NCBI GenBank assembly: GCA_965213705.1
Contig: OZ243913.1
Coordinates: 672,001 to 736,000, forward strand
From: Trueperaceae bacterium
GTDB taxonomy: Bacteria; Deinococcota; Deinococci; Deinococcales; Trueperaceae
Length of the DNA stretch: 64,000 nt
Direction of reading: 5' to 3'
Part shown: piece by piece, positions 10,279 through 18,283 of the stretch
How the letters are laid out: each line of letters opens with the position of its first letter
Position numbering within the stretch: position 1 is the first letter of the stretch
Notes under the pieces: generated by a model
Seen by the model: only the letters and a program-made list of their open reading frames with translations
Told to the model about the DNA's origin: nothing
The model's database searches: none
Made by a program: the position numbers and the translations under genes

Positions 10279-11028
10279 GTGATAAAAGTCGTCGCCATCG
10301 GCGACGTTCACGGTCAGTGGGCCGAGGTGTGGCAAGCCCTCAAGGCCGCGACCGCCTGCGACGCCAAGTTGGCCCCGACCGAGGCCGTCGTCGAGGGCCG
10401 TTTTCAGGTGCTGTTCATCGGCGACCTCGTCCACTACAAAGACACGCTCGCTTACGCTCGAGCGGTCGGCGAAGAGCCCTACGACTCTACAAATCCCGAC
10501 CACCTGCGCCGCGCCGCCAAAGCGCAAGTGCGCGAACTGTACCGCTTTAAGGACTACGTCGACAAAGCGAACGGCAACGTGACCATCATCATGGGCAACC
10601 ACGACGAGGCGGCGCTGACCCACAACTTTGAACTCAGCACCCGCGGCGGCCTGAAACACGACGAGTTCAACGGCAAAAAAGGCGGTACCGCCCTGCCTGA
10701 GGACTTGCAAACCTGGATGCAAGCCTTCAAACGCGAGCAGCTTCTTTACAACGTACATTTCGCCCACGCCGGACCGCTACCCGGAATGCAGTACTTCGAC
10801 GACTTTTTTTATCACGACGCGGACACTAAAAAGTGGTGGTACAACAAACCCCAAATCTTCGCCCACACCGGTCACCGCTTCGGCGTCTACGGCCATACGG
10901 TGATGGAGGAGGGCATCTACGTCGACAAAGACAACCGCTTCGCCATGATAGACGCGCTTTCCCACCGACAATTTTTCGAGATGTTTTTGGACGAAGAGCG
11001 CTTGGACTACAGGGTGATGCAGTTTTAG
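10279..11028 (+). CDS. Metallophosphoesterase
   Basis: IGDVHG, IGDLVH, MGNHD, AHAG, YGHT. Confidence 0.88.
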   Translation: MIKVVAIGDVHGQWAEVWQALKAATACDAKLAPTEAVVEGRFQVLFIGDLVHYKDTLAYARAVGEEPYDSTNPDHLRRAAKAQVRELYRFKDYVDKANGNVTIIMGNHDEAALTHNFELSTRGGLKHDEFNGKKGGTALPEDLQTWMQAFKREQLLYNVHFAHAGPLPGMQYFDDFFYHDADTKKWWYNKPQIFAHTGHRFGVYGHTVMEEGIYVDKDNRFAMIDALSHRQFFEMFLDEERLDYRVMQF

Positions 11029-11134
11029 GCTCCGGTTTGCTCAAGACCGTCTCAACTTCGGCACCATGACACGAGTGCCGTCAGCCCACCTGCAGAAAGC
11101 TTGAAGTAGAGTGTGGACGCGACGACGGCAACAC

Positions 11135-11320
11135 CAGAAACTTTAGAAATTTTACGCGGACATTTATCGCGCCGCGCTCACACACCAAACTCGAGCCCTT
11201 CGGCTAAGGAAACCTGTGCAAAAACTTGTAAAAGCAAAAACTGCGCAGTTTGGAGAAAGTCTTGTCGTAGACGTAGTTTTTGAGACGGCCGAAAAAAGGG
11301 AGCATCGACTTGAGGAAGTT
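11135..11320 (+). pseudogene. Decayed duplicate of the DUF4160-DUF2442 cassette at 13669-14216
   Basis: Aligns by eye to 13779-13830 and 13908-14040 (ETLEILRG.L.RRAH; KLEP; LVKAKT...VVDVVFET.EK) with internal deletions; followed by the same spacer repeat as the intact copy. Confidence 0.85.
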
Positions 11321-11428
11321 GGGGCTCGAGCCACTTGCCGACTTCAAATTTGCTTAGCGTTGAGGGCTCGAGCGGCCGTAGGGCGAGTACAGTCTGGTGG
11401 GTTTTGGGAAGGTGTTGAGGGCTCGAGG
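11321..11428. repeat. TA-array spacer copy R1 (units A+B)
   Basis: CTCGAG at 11325, 11367, 11422 (spacing 42, 55). Confidence 0.85.
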
Positions 11429-11437
11429 TATGTCGTC

Positions 11438-11722
11438 CTACTTTTTCCCGTAGGCAGAGTCATGGTTAGGGTGAAGCGAAACGAACTTTAAGACATCTCC
11501 ATCACGCTTTACCACAGCACGGCATTTTTGAGTAACCCGAAGGGTGTAAGCATCCTCCGCGAGAGACTTAATGCTTTCCCACCGCAAGCCCTTGTCACGG
11601 TAAACTTGCGTCCAAGAAAGTTGTTTGAGTTTGCGCAGCGTTTTGAAAAAGGCCAGCAGTTCAACTTTTTCAAGCTCGAGCAAATCCGCCTGAAACTGAG
11701 GTCGGTTGAGGTCGAACTCCAC
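11438..11722 (-). CDS. Putative RelE/ParE-fold toxin
   Basis: 94 aa, basic; YTLRVTQKCRAVV...HPNHDSAY C-terminus; coupled to the upstream gene. Confidence 0.65.
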   Translation of the reverse strand: MEFDLNRPQFQADLLELEKVELLAFFKTLRKLKQLSWTQVYRDKGLRWESIKSLAEDAYTLRVTQKCRAVVKRDGDVLKFVSLHPNHDSAYGKK

Positions 11723-12012
11723 TACTCGTCCAACGGCTCGCCGTGCTCAGCTTCCCACCTTTTGCGAATCTCAGTCTCGAAGCTGTCCAAGTCCGTGACC
11801 TGAGTAGGATGTTCCCTAGCCCACTCGAGACCTTCAGCTATTTTGCTTTTGGCGGGTTCTTGGTGTAACCACAGTTCGTTGTCTGGAATAACCGTTGCCG
11901 TCTTGATAACCCAAACACCCTCTTCCGGCGTATCTACAACAACGGTGCGTCCGGCGTATTCCTTACCTAACGAGAGCTGTCCACTCTGACCTATCGTTTT
12001 TACTTGTGACAC
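11722..12012 (-). CDS. Putative antitoxin with AbrB/MazE-like N-terminus
   Basis: KTIGQSGQLSLGKEYAG swapped-hairpin-like start, acidic C-terminus; 1-nt overlap with the toxin. Confidence 0.65.
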   Translation of the reverse strand: MSQVKTIGQSGQLSLGKEYAGRTVVVDTPEEGVWVIKTATVIPDNELWLHQEPAKSKIAEGLEWAREHPTQVTDLDSFETEIRKRWEAEHGEPLDE

Positions 12013-12094
12013 ACAAACCTACTTTCATGCTACAGGATAGCACGATTTAAACACATTAGAGATGTGATGGAGAGCTGACGAGATTGTGGAACTC

Positions 12095-12230
12095 ACGGCT
12101 CTTACCAACTTTGGGATTTGCTCAGCGTTGAGGGCTCGAGCGGCTATAGGATGATAATTGGGTGAAGTTGGGGATATTGGGGGCTCGCGGCGCTTGACAA
12201 CTTTGAACTCACGCAAGCAGGAGCTCGAGC
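12095..12230. repeat. TA-array spacer copy R2 (A'+B+A', degenerate)
   Basis: CTCGAG 12135, CTCGCG 12184, CTCGAG 12224. Confidence 0.75.
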
Positions 12231-12500
12231 CTAAGGAAAATAGCGATACATGTCTTTGCGGTGCAGCGCCCGCTTGAACACCACGGTGTCGTCTTCTACC
12301 GTAAAACCGACCCGGTAATCGCTAACTCAAATGCGGTAGGCGGCGTCAGCATTCTTCAGCTTTTTCAAGTTGGGTACGTCGGACAAACTATCCAAGGACG
12401 GGAAAGTATCGAAAGCCAACGTCTTGATGCGCTCGTAAGTTGCGTTACCCTGCAAGCGTTTTAAGTTTTTGACAAAACTTGCGGCGTAGACCGTTTTCAC
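12231..12500 (-). pseudogene. RelE/ParE toxin with an internal nonsense codon
   Basis: MKTVYAASFVKNLKRL...LKKLKNADAAYRI*VSDYRVGF...ALHRKDMYRYFP; TGA at 12327-12329 replaces the conserved Arg of YRIRxGDYR. Confidence 0.9.
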
Positions 12501-12691
12501 TCGGCAAGCGCCGCGAGGGCTTGCTCGAGCGTCAACACTTCTCCTTTATCAGCTTCTTGTATCGCTCGCAAAAGGCAAACGTCTTCTATGACCTCGAGAA
12601 GCTCTTCGTACACGTCTATGGGAAGAAGTACGTGGGTTTTGTTGCCTTCTTCGTCATGGAGAAAGGAAGGGTCTCGCGCAGTGTCAACCAT
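12497..12691 (-). CDS. Antitoxin (RelB-like) of the 12231-12500 toxin
   Basis: 64 aa acidic, GTGA overlap with the toxin; TACAAT 7 nt before ATG. Confidence 0.8.
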   Translation of the reverse strand: MVDTARDPSFLHDEEGNKTHVLLPIDVYEELLEVIEDVCLLRAIQEADKGEVLTLEQALAALAE

Positions 12692-12724
12692 TTGGATCAT
12701 TGTAGCAGGCTTTGAGTTTTGGGT

Positions 12725-12828
12725 GGGCTCGAGCCGCTTATCGGCCTCAAGTTTGCTTAGCGTTGAGGGCTCGAGAGTCCATAAGGTAGTTAGGTCGGGT
12801 GAGGCTGGGAGGTGTTTGGGGCTCGAGC
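12725..12828. repeat. TA-array spacer copy R3 (A+B)
   Basis: CTCGAG 12728, 12770, 12822 (spacing 42, 52). Confidence 0.85.
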
Positions 12829-13065
12829 CTACAACTGGTCCTGCGGTTCAGGCTCGGTGTTTTTAACTTTACCAAGCGCACGCTCAAACTTTTCACGGTT
12901 TCCCCGCTTGGCACGTTCCTCTAGATACTCGGTCGTCATGAGCGCCGCCATTTTTTCCGCCAACGCTGTAGCGACGAGTTGGTTGATGGAAACCCCCTCT
13001 TGCTTGGCGAGTTCCCGTGCCTGCTTGTGTAGGGATTCGGGTAGTCTCAGACTGATGGTGCTCAC
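12829..13065 (-). CDS. Ribbon-helix-helix (HicB-like) antitoxin
   Basis: ISLRLPESLHKQARELAKQEGVSINQLV RHH signature. Confidence 0.85.
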   Translation of the reverse strand: MSTISLRLPESLHKQARELAKQEGVSINQLVATALAEKMAALMTTEYLEERAKRGNREKFERALGKVKNTEPEPQDQL

Positions 13066-13490
13066 AGCGCTCCTATCTTTTGCAGCAGCGTCTTAGGGCT
13101 GACGACTTCGAGCCCGAACGTCTCGACACCGGAAAAATCCTTTTCATTATAGGTCACAATAAAATTACAGGCTGCTTCCACCGCCAGCTCGAGCACCATG
13201 TCGTTTTTGGGGTCTTTGAGAAAAGGCCGCCACAGAAAGAAGATGTCGTGCTTGTTGGCAACTGAACAAAGGTAATCGAGGATGTCGTCAATATCTTCAT
13301 GATTTAGGCCTATATTCTCGCTCAGTCTTTTAGCTACCTCTTCGTATTCCAGCGCGAGTGGCACAGAGAGGTTGATTGCGAAGGTATCCGTCAGTCCTAT
13401 CAGCGTCAAAAGTTTGTAGGAAGCGCCTCGGCTCGAGCGCAGCGCGGAGATGAGGACGTTTGTGTCGAGAACGACTTGGTAGGGGTTCAT
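13062..13490 (-). CDS. PIN-domain (VapC-like) toxin
   Basis: VVLDTNVLISAL, EYEEV, WRPFLKDPKNDMVLELAV, IVTYNEKDF. Confidence 0.92.
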   Translation of the reverse strand: MNPYQVVLDTNVLISALRSSRGASYKLLTLIGLTDTFAINLSVPLALEYEEVAKRLSENIGLNHEDIDDILDYLCSVANKHDIFFLWRPFLKDPKNDMVLELAVEAACNFIVTYNEKDFSGVETFGLEVVSPKTLLQKIGAL

Positions 13491-13491
13491 C

Positions 13492-13511
13492 TGGTATCAA
13501 ATACAATACCA
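13492..13511. promoter_or_regulatory. Candidate operator palindrome of the PIN/RHH pair
   Basis: TGGTATCAAATACAATACCA (TGGTAT...ATACCA) immediately upstream of the PIN ATG. Confidence 0.5.
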
Positions 13512-13540
13512 CGAAGGTAGTTCTCAGGTGTGTTTTGGGT

Positions 13541-13635
13541 TGGGCTCGAGCCACTTGCCAACTTCAAATTTGCTTAGCATTGAAAGCTCGAGCGGCCATA
13601 GGGTGATGATAGTCCGAAAGGTTGGAGGCTCGCGA
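13541..13635. repeat. TA-array spacer copy R4 (A+short B)
   Basis: CTCGAG 13545, 13587, CTCGCG 13629. Confidence 0.85.
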
Positions 13636-13668
13636 CGTATAAATTTGTGAAAAGGCTAAACTACGTTC

Positions 13669-13929
13669 ATGCCTTCAATCTGCATTTTCTACGGCATCGT
13701 CATCTACATGTACTACAACGACCACAATCCACCCCACTTCCACGCCGAATATACTGAATTTGAGGCCGTCTATACAATAGAAACTTTAGAAATCCTACGT
13801 GGAAATCTGCCGCGCCGCGCTCATGCACTCGTCGTAGAATGGGCTACCTTGAACCGGACAGAACTGCTGGACAACTGGCGCAAAGCAAGAGCGGCTGAGC
13901 CGCCCGCTAAACTCGAGCCCCTTGACTGA
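13669..13929 (+). CDS. DUF4160-family protein (putative toxin)
   Basis: MPSICIFYGIVIYMYYNDHNPPHFHAEY...LLDNW...KLEPL; TAAACT leaderless box. Confidence 0.9.
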   Translation: MPSICIFYGIVIYMYYNDHNPPHFHAEYTEFEAVYTIETLEILRGNLPRRAHALVVEWATLNRTELLDNWRKARAAEPPAKLEPLD

Positions 13930-13937
13930 GGAGATAC

Positions 13938-14216
13938 ATGCGACAACTTGTAAGAGCAAAAACTGTGCAACCTAGAGAGAGTTTTGTCGTAGATGTAGTT
14001 TTTGAAACGGACGAAAAGAGGAGCATTGACCTCGAGAAGTATCTGCAAGGCCCCGTTTTCGAAGCCGTGCGGAGTAACCCCGAGCTGTTCCAAAGTGTAA
14101 GGGTAGAGCGAGGGATTCTCACGTGGGGTGAAGGTGAGTTGTTGGCCGACATCGACCCTGACGTGCTTTATTACAATTTGGTTCCTGCACGTCTCGAGGA
14201 GGTTGAAGCGGCTTAG
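13938..14216 (+). CDS. DUF2442-family protein (putative antitoxin)
   Basis: VVFETDEKRSIDL...GPVFEAV...F..VRVE.G.LTW...DIDPDVLY. Confidence 0.85.
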   Translation: MRQLVRAKTVQPRESFVVDVVFETDEKRSIDLEKYLQGPVFEAVRSNPELFQSVRVERGILTWGEGELLADIDPDVLYYNLVPARLEEVEAA

Positions 14217-14223
14217 GAAGATT

Positions 14224-14352
14224 GGGGCTCGAGCCACTTCCCGACCGAAGAGTTTGCTTAGCGTTGAAAGCTCGAGCGGCCATAGAGTGATTGTAGTCTG
14301 GTGGGGTCGGGGAGTTGTTGGGGGCTCGAGACACTTGCCAACTTCAAATTTG
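14224..14352. repeat. TA-array spacer copy R5 (A+B+A)
   Basis: CTCGAG 14228, 14271, 14325 (spacing 43, 54), then a second A unit. Confidence 0.88.
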
Positions 14353-14367
14353 CGCTGAGTAAATTTT

Positions 14368-14637
14368 CTACGTCAACCTCTTATAAACATCCTTGCGGTG
14401 TCCGACGAGCATCAGAACGATGATATGTCCTTTGGTGTCTACAGAGTAGATGACTCGGTAATCGCCCACACGTAAGCGGTACAGTTGCTTAGCACCCCTG
14501 AGCTTTTTCGTGTTCGGCCCAAGGGGATTCTCGGCAAGCTGCCGGGTTCGCTCGACGATAAGTTGTACAGTCTCGGCAGGCAGCTTTTGCAGCGCTTTTT
14601 CGAACGAGCGGCGGGCGCTCAGGCTATAACTTGCCAC
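14368..14637 (-). CDS. RelE/ParE-family toxin
   Basis: LAENPLGPNTKKLRG...YRLRVGDYRVIY...VGHRKDVY. Confidence 0.93.
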   Translation of the reverse strand: MASYSLSARRSFEKALQKLPAETVQLIVERTRQLAENPLGPNTKKLRGAKQLYRLRVGDYRVIYSVDTKGHIIVLMLVGHRKDVYKRLT

Positions 14638-14821
14638 TGCGTTTCAAGTCGCTTACAAGTTCGTCAAAGGGAAGGGTATCTTCTTCCCCGAGTTCGGCGA
14701 CCACAGCCAAGTCGTGCAGGTCCTCGAGAAGCTCTTCGTACACGTCGATGGGAAGCAGTACGTGGGTTTTGTTGCCTTCTTCGTCGTGAAGAAAGGAAGG
14801 GTCTCGGGCAGTGTCGACCAT
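14624..14821 (-). CDS. Antitoxin (RelB-like), first 33 aa identical to 12497-12691
   Basis: MVDTARDPSFLHDEEGNKTHVLLPIDVYEELLE then DLHDLAVV...; overlaps the toxin start. Confidence 0.82.
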   Translation of the reverse strand: MVDTARDPSFLHDEEGNKTHVLLPIDVYEELLEDLHDLAVVAELGEEDTLPFDELVSDLKRSGKL

Positions 14822-14854
14822 TTGGATTATTGTAGCAGGCTTTGAGTTTTGGGT

Positions 14855-14905
14855 GGGCTCGAGCCGCTTACTCCTTTTGGACTTGCATAAAATGAGGGTT
14901 CGCAA
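14855..14905. repeat. TA-array spacer copy R6 (degenerate A)
   Basis: GGGCTCGAGCCGCTTA...TTGCATAAAATGAGGGTTCGC; 41-bp spacing. Confidence 0.6.
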
Positions 14906-14930
14906 CCGACGTTTTAGAAGCCCTGAACAC

Positions 14931-15281
14931 CTATAATCCCAGACAGTAGCAAACAGCTTCCTCAACTTCTTCAAGTATTCTTTCGGAAAGCCCACCTGCT
15001 GCTTGGGCTGGAAACCTCGCAGCGTCGACGGAGCGTAACTGAAAGCCGAGAAAAACGGTCTCGAGTGGTAACCCACTTTCGCTGGTCGGCACCCGCACAT
15101 TCGTTCGGTAATCTCGTTTGACGTTGTCGCCCTTTGTACCGACAACAACCGTGACCACCAGCGGGCGTGAGTTGATTTCGTCAATCGAGAGCACAAGCAC
15201 CGGCCGACTTCCCGCTTGTTCACGCCCCGTCGTAGGGTTCAAGTCGACAAAATAGATTTCGCCACGTTTTGGATGCGTCAC
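14931..15281 (-). CDS. MazF/PemK-family endoribonuclease toxin
   Basis: PKRGEIYFVDLNPTTGREQAGSRPVLVLS...FQLRSVD. Confidence 0.93.
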   Translation of the reverse strand: MTHPKRGEIYFVDLNPTTGREQAGSRPVLVLSIDEINSRPLVVTVVVGTKGDNVKRDYRTNVRVPTSESGLPLETVFLGFQLRSVDAARFPAQAAGGLSERILEEVEEAVCYCLGL

Positions 15282-15493
15282 AAGCCGCCAAGTCCGTCTT
15301 CTTCAGTTAGGCGGAACTCGACATCTAATGCACTCAGTTCTCGTTGAATATCGGGGTCGGCAACCATTTCGTCTAAGTCACTGCCAACGTCTTTTTGCAA
15401 GGTAGAGGCGAGCCGTTCAAGCAGCCACAGTTTGTCCTCATGCGTGAGGTTGGTGATTTGTTTTTCTAAGTCGAGTAAAGCTCGAGAGGCCAT
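15278..15493 (-). CDS. Putative antitoxin of the MazF toxin
   Basis: 71 aa acidic ORF MASRALLDLEKQ...EFRLTEEDGL with GTGA overlap; TATAAT 6 nt before ATG. Confidence 0.75.
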   Translation of the reverse strand: MASRALLDLEKQITNLTHEDKLWLLERLASTLQKDVGSDLDEMVADPDIQRELSALDVEFRLTEEDGLGGL

Positions 15494-15564
15494 AGGATGA
15501 TTATAGTCGGGTGGGGTTGGGGAGGGTGTTGAGGGTTCGAGGCGCTTGCTAATTTTGAATTTGT
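15478..15564. repeat. TA-array spacer copy R7 (B+A'), supplying promoter and start codon of the antitoxin
   Basis: CTCGAG 15481, TTCGAG 15536 (spacing 55). Confidence 0.8.
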
Positions 15565-16002
15565 GCGCCGCAATCTTCAAAATAAATTTGAGGTATTATT
15601 TCGGAAATGTTCGACCCTGTTCAAGAGTTTGATTTGCTTTCAAAACCAGGAAATTTGGGGTTCTATTCACGTTGTGAAATCACTACCATCTTCTTAAAGA
15701 AAAAAGGAGAGAAACAGCCGAAAAATTTGTATACGCTGTGCGTTTTAGAAGAATCCACCTTACCTAAAAACATCTTTACCTGTATCACGCCAAAATTGCA
15801 GTCGATTACGGCGGAGGTATCTTTAGGTATCGTCCGACATTACGAATCTCTGGAAAACACTCGAGCAAAGTACGTGCAACTTTTCCAGAATAACACTTGG
15901 GAAAACGAAGGTGAATTTCTTGGACTGTCGAAGCCAAAACCTCTGCCAAAACAGTTTGTGCCCTCAACAGAAAATACGCCACTCAATTCAGTTCTAAAGA
16001 AT

Positions 16003-17079
16003 TAGGACTTACGCACACAACTGCATAGGAATAGCAGGATGTTTGAGCTGCTGTCTCATGTAGTTGTCGAGTTGTCCAAACTTAAGCTGATAAACAGTGG
16101 TGCCGAGTCGAGTAGCAAAGCGCTTAAGCTGCGCCCAGACCAAGAAAGAACAAGCGATGTGGTTTCTCAGGGCTCTGGACATGCGGCATTGACAACCTTC
16201 AAGACCCGTTACTTGTTTGGCTTCACGGTGAAACTGCTCAATCTTCCAGCGAACGCCGCAGTGATGTTTCACAACGTCCGAGTCGTCCTGAGTCATGTCA
16301 TTGGTGACAATACAATCCGTGCGCTCGGTAGAGACCGCTAGCCGGAACAGTTTCATACGGTGACCTTTGGGCATCTTTTTGAGGTGAATCGTCTTGCCTT
16401 CTCTCAGTTCTTCGTCGCTCCAGTCTAAGCTGTCAACACGCTGATGTTTTCTCTCACCCTCGCTGTCATCAACGTGACGGTTCGTTTTGATGGGGCAGTA
16501 GTAGATTTTCTCTAACGACTCGATATATTTGATAACTTGCATGGAGGCGTACCAGCTATCCATCAGCACCGTCTTGAAAGAGAGTCTCTTGCCGTGCAGA
16601 ACGTTGTCGAGCATTTCCAGCATGTGCTTGATTTTGCTCTGCTCATCCCCCTCGGGGTCATACACCCGAAAGTCAATCACCCAGAACTGCTGCGTCTCAG
16701 GATTGACGTAGACGCACGTTACTACCCCGATGCCGTAGATGACCCGCTTTTCGTTCCCGCTCCACTGCCGCCTAACTAAGCGTGAATGGCGGCTATGGCG
16801 TTTGTCCAGCACCACATCGTCAAACAACACATAGCCCTGTTCGCTCAGCACCACATCCTCTCGCACGTTCTCCCACAGGGTTCTCGGTGTCAGCGTATCC
16901 AGCCGTAAAAAGCGATTCATGCTGTCGTGGCTATAACGCTCGCTATGGTCTGCCAGGTACGTCTGTGTGTAGTTGATTTGGCTACTAATCAAAAACTGAC
17001 AGTAGTCCAACCGGTGTTGCTGATAGTCCATAGCCCATGCCAGCAAGTCTTTTCATTTGAAGCGTGTGCGTAAGTCCTA
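16003..17079 (-). mobile_element. IS701-family insertion sequence, 1077 bp
   Basis: Perfect 16-bp terminal IRs TAGGACTTACGCACAC (16003-16018) / GTGTGCGTAAGTCCTA (17064-17079); 4-bp TSD GAAT (15999-16002, 17080-17083). Confidence 0.93.
16009..17046 (-). CDS. IS701-family DDE transposase
   Basis: SHDSMNRFL, LFDDVVLDK, VLMDSWY, RWKIEQFHREAKQVTG; stop codon inside the IR. Confidence 0.93.
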   Translation of the reverse strand: MLAWAMDYQQHRLDYCQFLISSQINYTQTYLADHSERYSHDSMNRFLRLDTLTPRTLWENVREDVVLSEQGYVLFDDVVLDKRHSRHSRLVRRQWSGNEKRVIYGIGVVTCVYVNPETQQFWVIDFRVYDPEGDEQSKIKHMLEMLDNVLHGKRLSFKTVLMDSWYASMQVIKYIESLEKIYYCPIKTNRHVDDSEGERKHQRVDSLDWSDEELREGKTIHLKKMPKGHRMKLFRLAVSTERTDCIVTNDMTQDDSDVVKHHCGVRWKIEQFHREAKQVTGLEGCQCRMSRALRNHIACSFLVWAQLKRFATRLGTTVYQLKFGQLDNYMRQQLKHPAIPMQLCA

Positions 17080-18283
17080 GAATAATTTCGACAGTGGCTC
17101 TTACGTGCTGGAATTCTTTGCTGAAGACAAAAGTGAATATCAAACCTTTTTATATGACAATGCCCTCTTGAATAAAGTAAGTGAAGTGATTCGAGGCTAC
17201 CTTCCAATTGACATTGCTTATATCAGGGAACGTATTGGCAATCTAATATTTCAGTTTCCAATAACACTTGTAGCAGTCGGAGAGAGTACAAACGCCGAGG
17301 GGAATACAATTCTATTCAATGTCGCTTGGCATCCAAAATTGAAAGAATTACCGGCGTGTGGTGTTGTAGTTCAGAGTGAATTAGATGGATTATTACTCAG
17401 TTTTGCTCAACAATCAAATTTTACAGAACTTAACAGTTCTGTTCAGGTCGGTTCAACAGACGCACAGGTAGAATCATTTATTTACGATAAGTCTACGTCC
17501 TTAGATACTTCGTACTTTTCGCGGTGCAGCTATAAAGGGCTTTAATTTAGGTACAAGACTTATCAGTCCAGAAAAACGAAGTGTGAAGGTACCAAATGAG
17601 AATCAACCGGGAGATACTGTTTTTGAAATCGAGGTGGCATCAAAGGTAACCCAAGGCCAAATATCGTCTGGGGACTACCACTTTCGTATCCAATCAAGGA
17701 TTTATGACTCAGAGAGAGAAAGGCTAGCACGTGAACGAATTTTTGTTCAGTATGGAAGAGGCACTGATGATAGGATAAAGGCGTTAGAAGATGTACGATT
17801 ATTGATTCAAAAGTATGGTGAAGAAGGTGCTTATCTTTGGGATCCGTATTTATCTGGTAGAGACCTGATTCAGACACTTTTTTTCTGTAAAACTGCACAT
17901 GTTCCGCTAAGAGCTATTGGTTCGAATAAGGTTGTGGGCTTGCAGAAAAAAGACAAAGCGTGTAACGCAAAAAATTCAGCATCTCCTTGGCCTGATTGGG
18001 TGAAAGAACAAGTAAAACTATTAGAGGGTAGTAGTAATCATGTTGGTCTGAACACGGAATTTCGATGTAAATGTGGTAATGCGGGTTGGGGCTTTCACGA
18101 CAGATTTTTGATTTTCCCAAGAATGCGTGAGCCTTTAGCTTGGTCGTTAGGTATTTCTGTCAACCAATTAGGCAAAGAGCACCACATATTGCAGCGTGTG
18201 GATAATGCACAAAATATCCTAGATGCGTTTAATGACTTATGGTCTGTGCTAAAAAATCCCAACTGCCTAATTTGGAAAAAGCT

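Noticed and set aside
12327..12329. Selenocysteine or programmed readthrough at the in-frame TGA
   Set aside because: The position is a conserved Arg, not Cys; a simple CGA>TGA mutation explains it.
14624..15223. 199-aa ORF spanning MazF and the antitoxin
   Set aside because: Only the last 65 aa match the paralogous antitoxin, which has its own -10 box; the rest overlaps MazF out of frame.
11321..15564. Spacer repeats as a CRISPR array
   Set aside because: Repeats are degenerate, ~100 bp and separated by 0.5-0.7 kb gene pairs; no cas genes.
11321..15564. Spacer repeats as integron attC or dif sites
   Set aside because: No convincing RYYYAAC...GTTRRRY long imperfect hairpin or 11-6-11 dif layout by eye, and no tyrosine recombinase in the window. 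A covariance-model search is still advisable.
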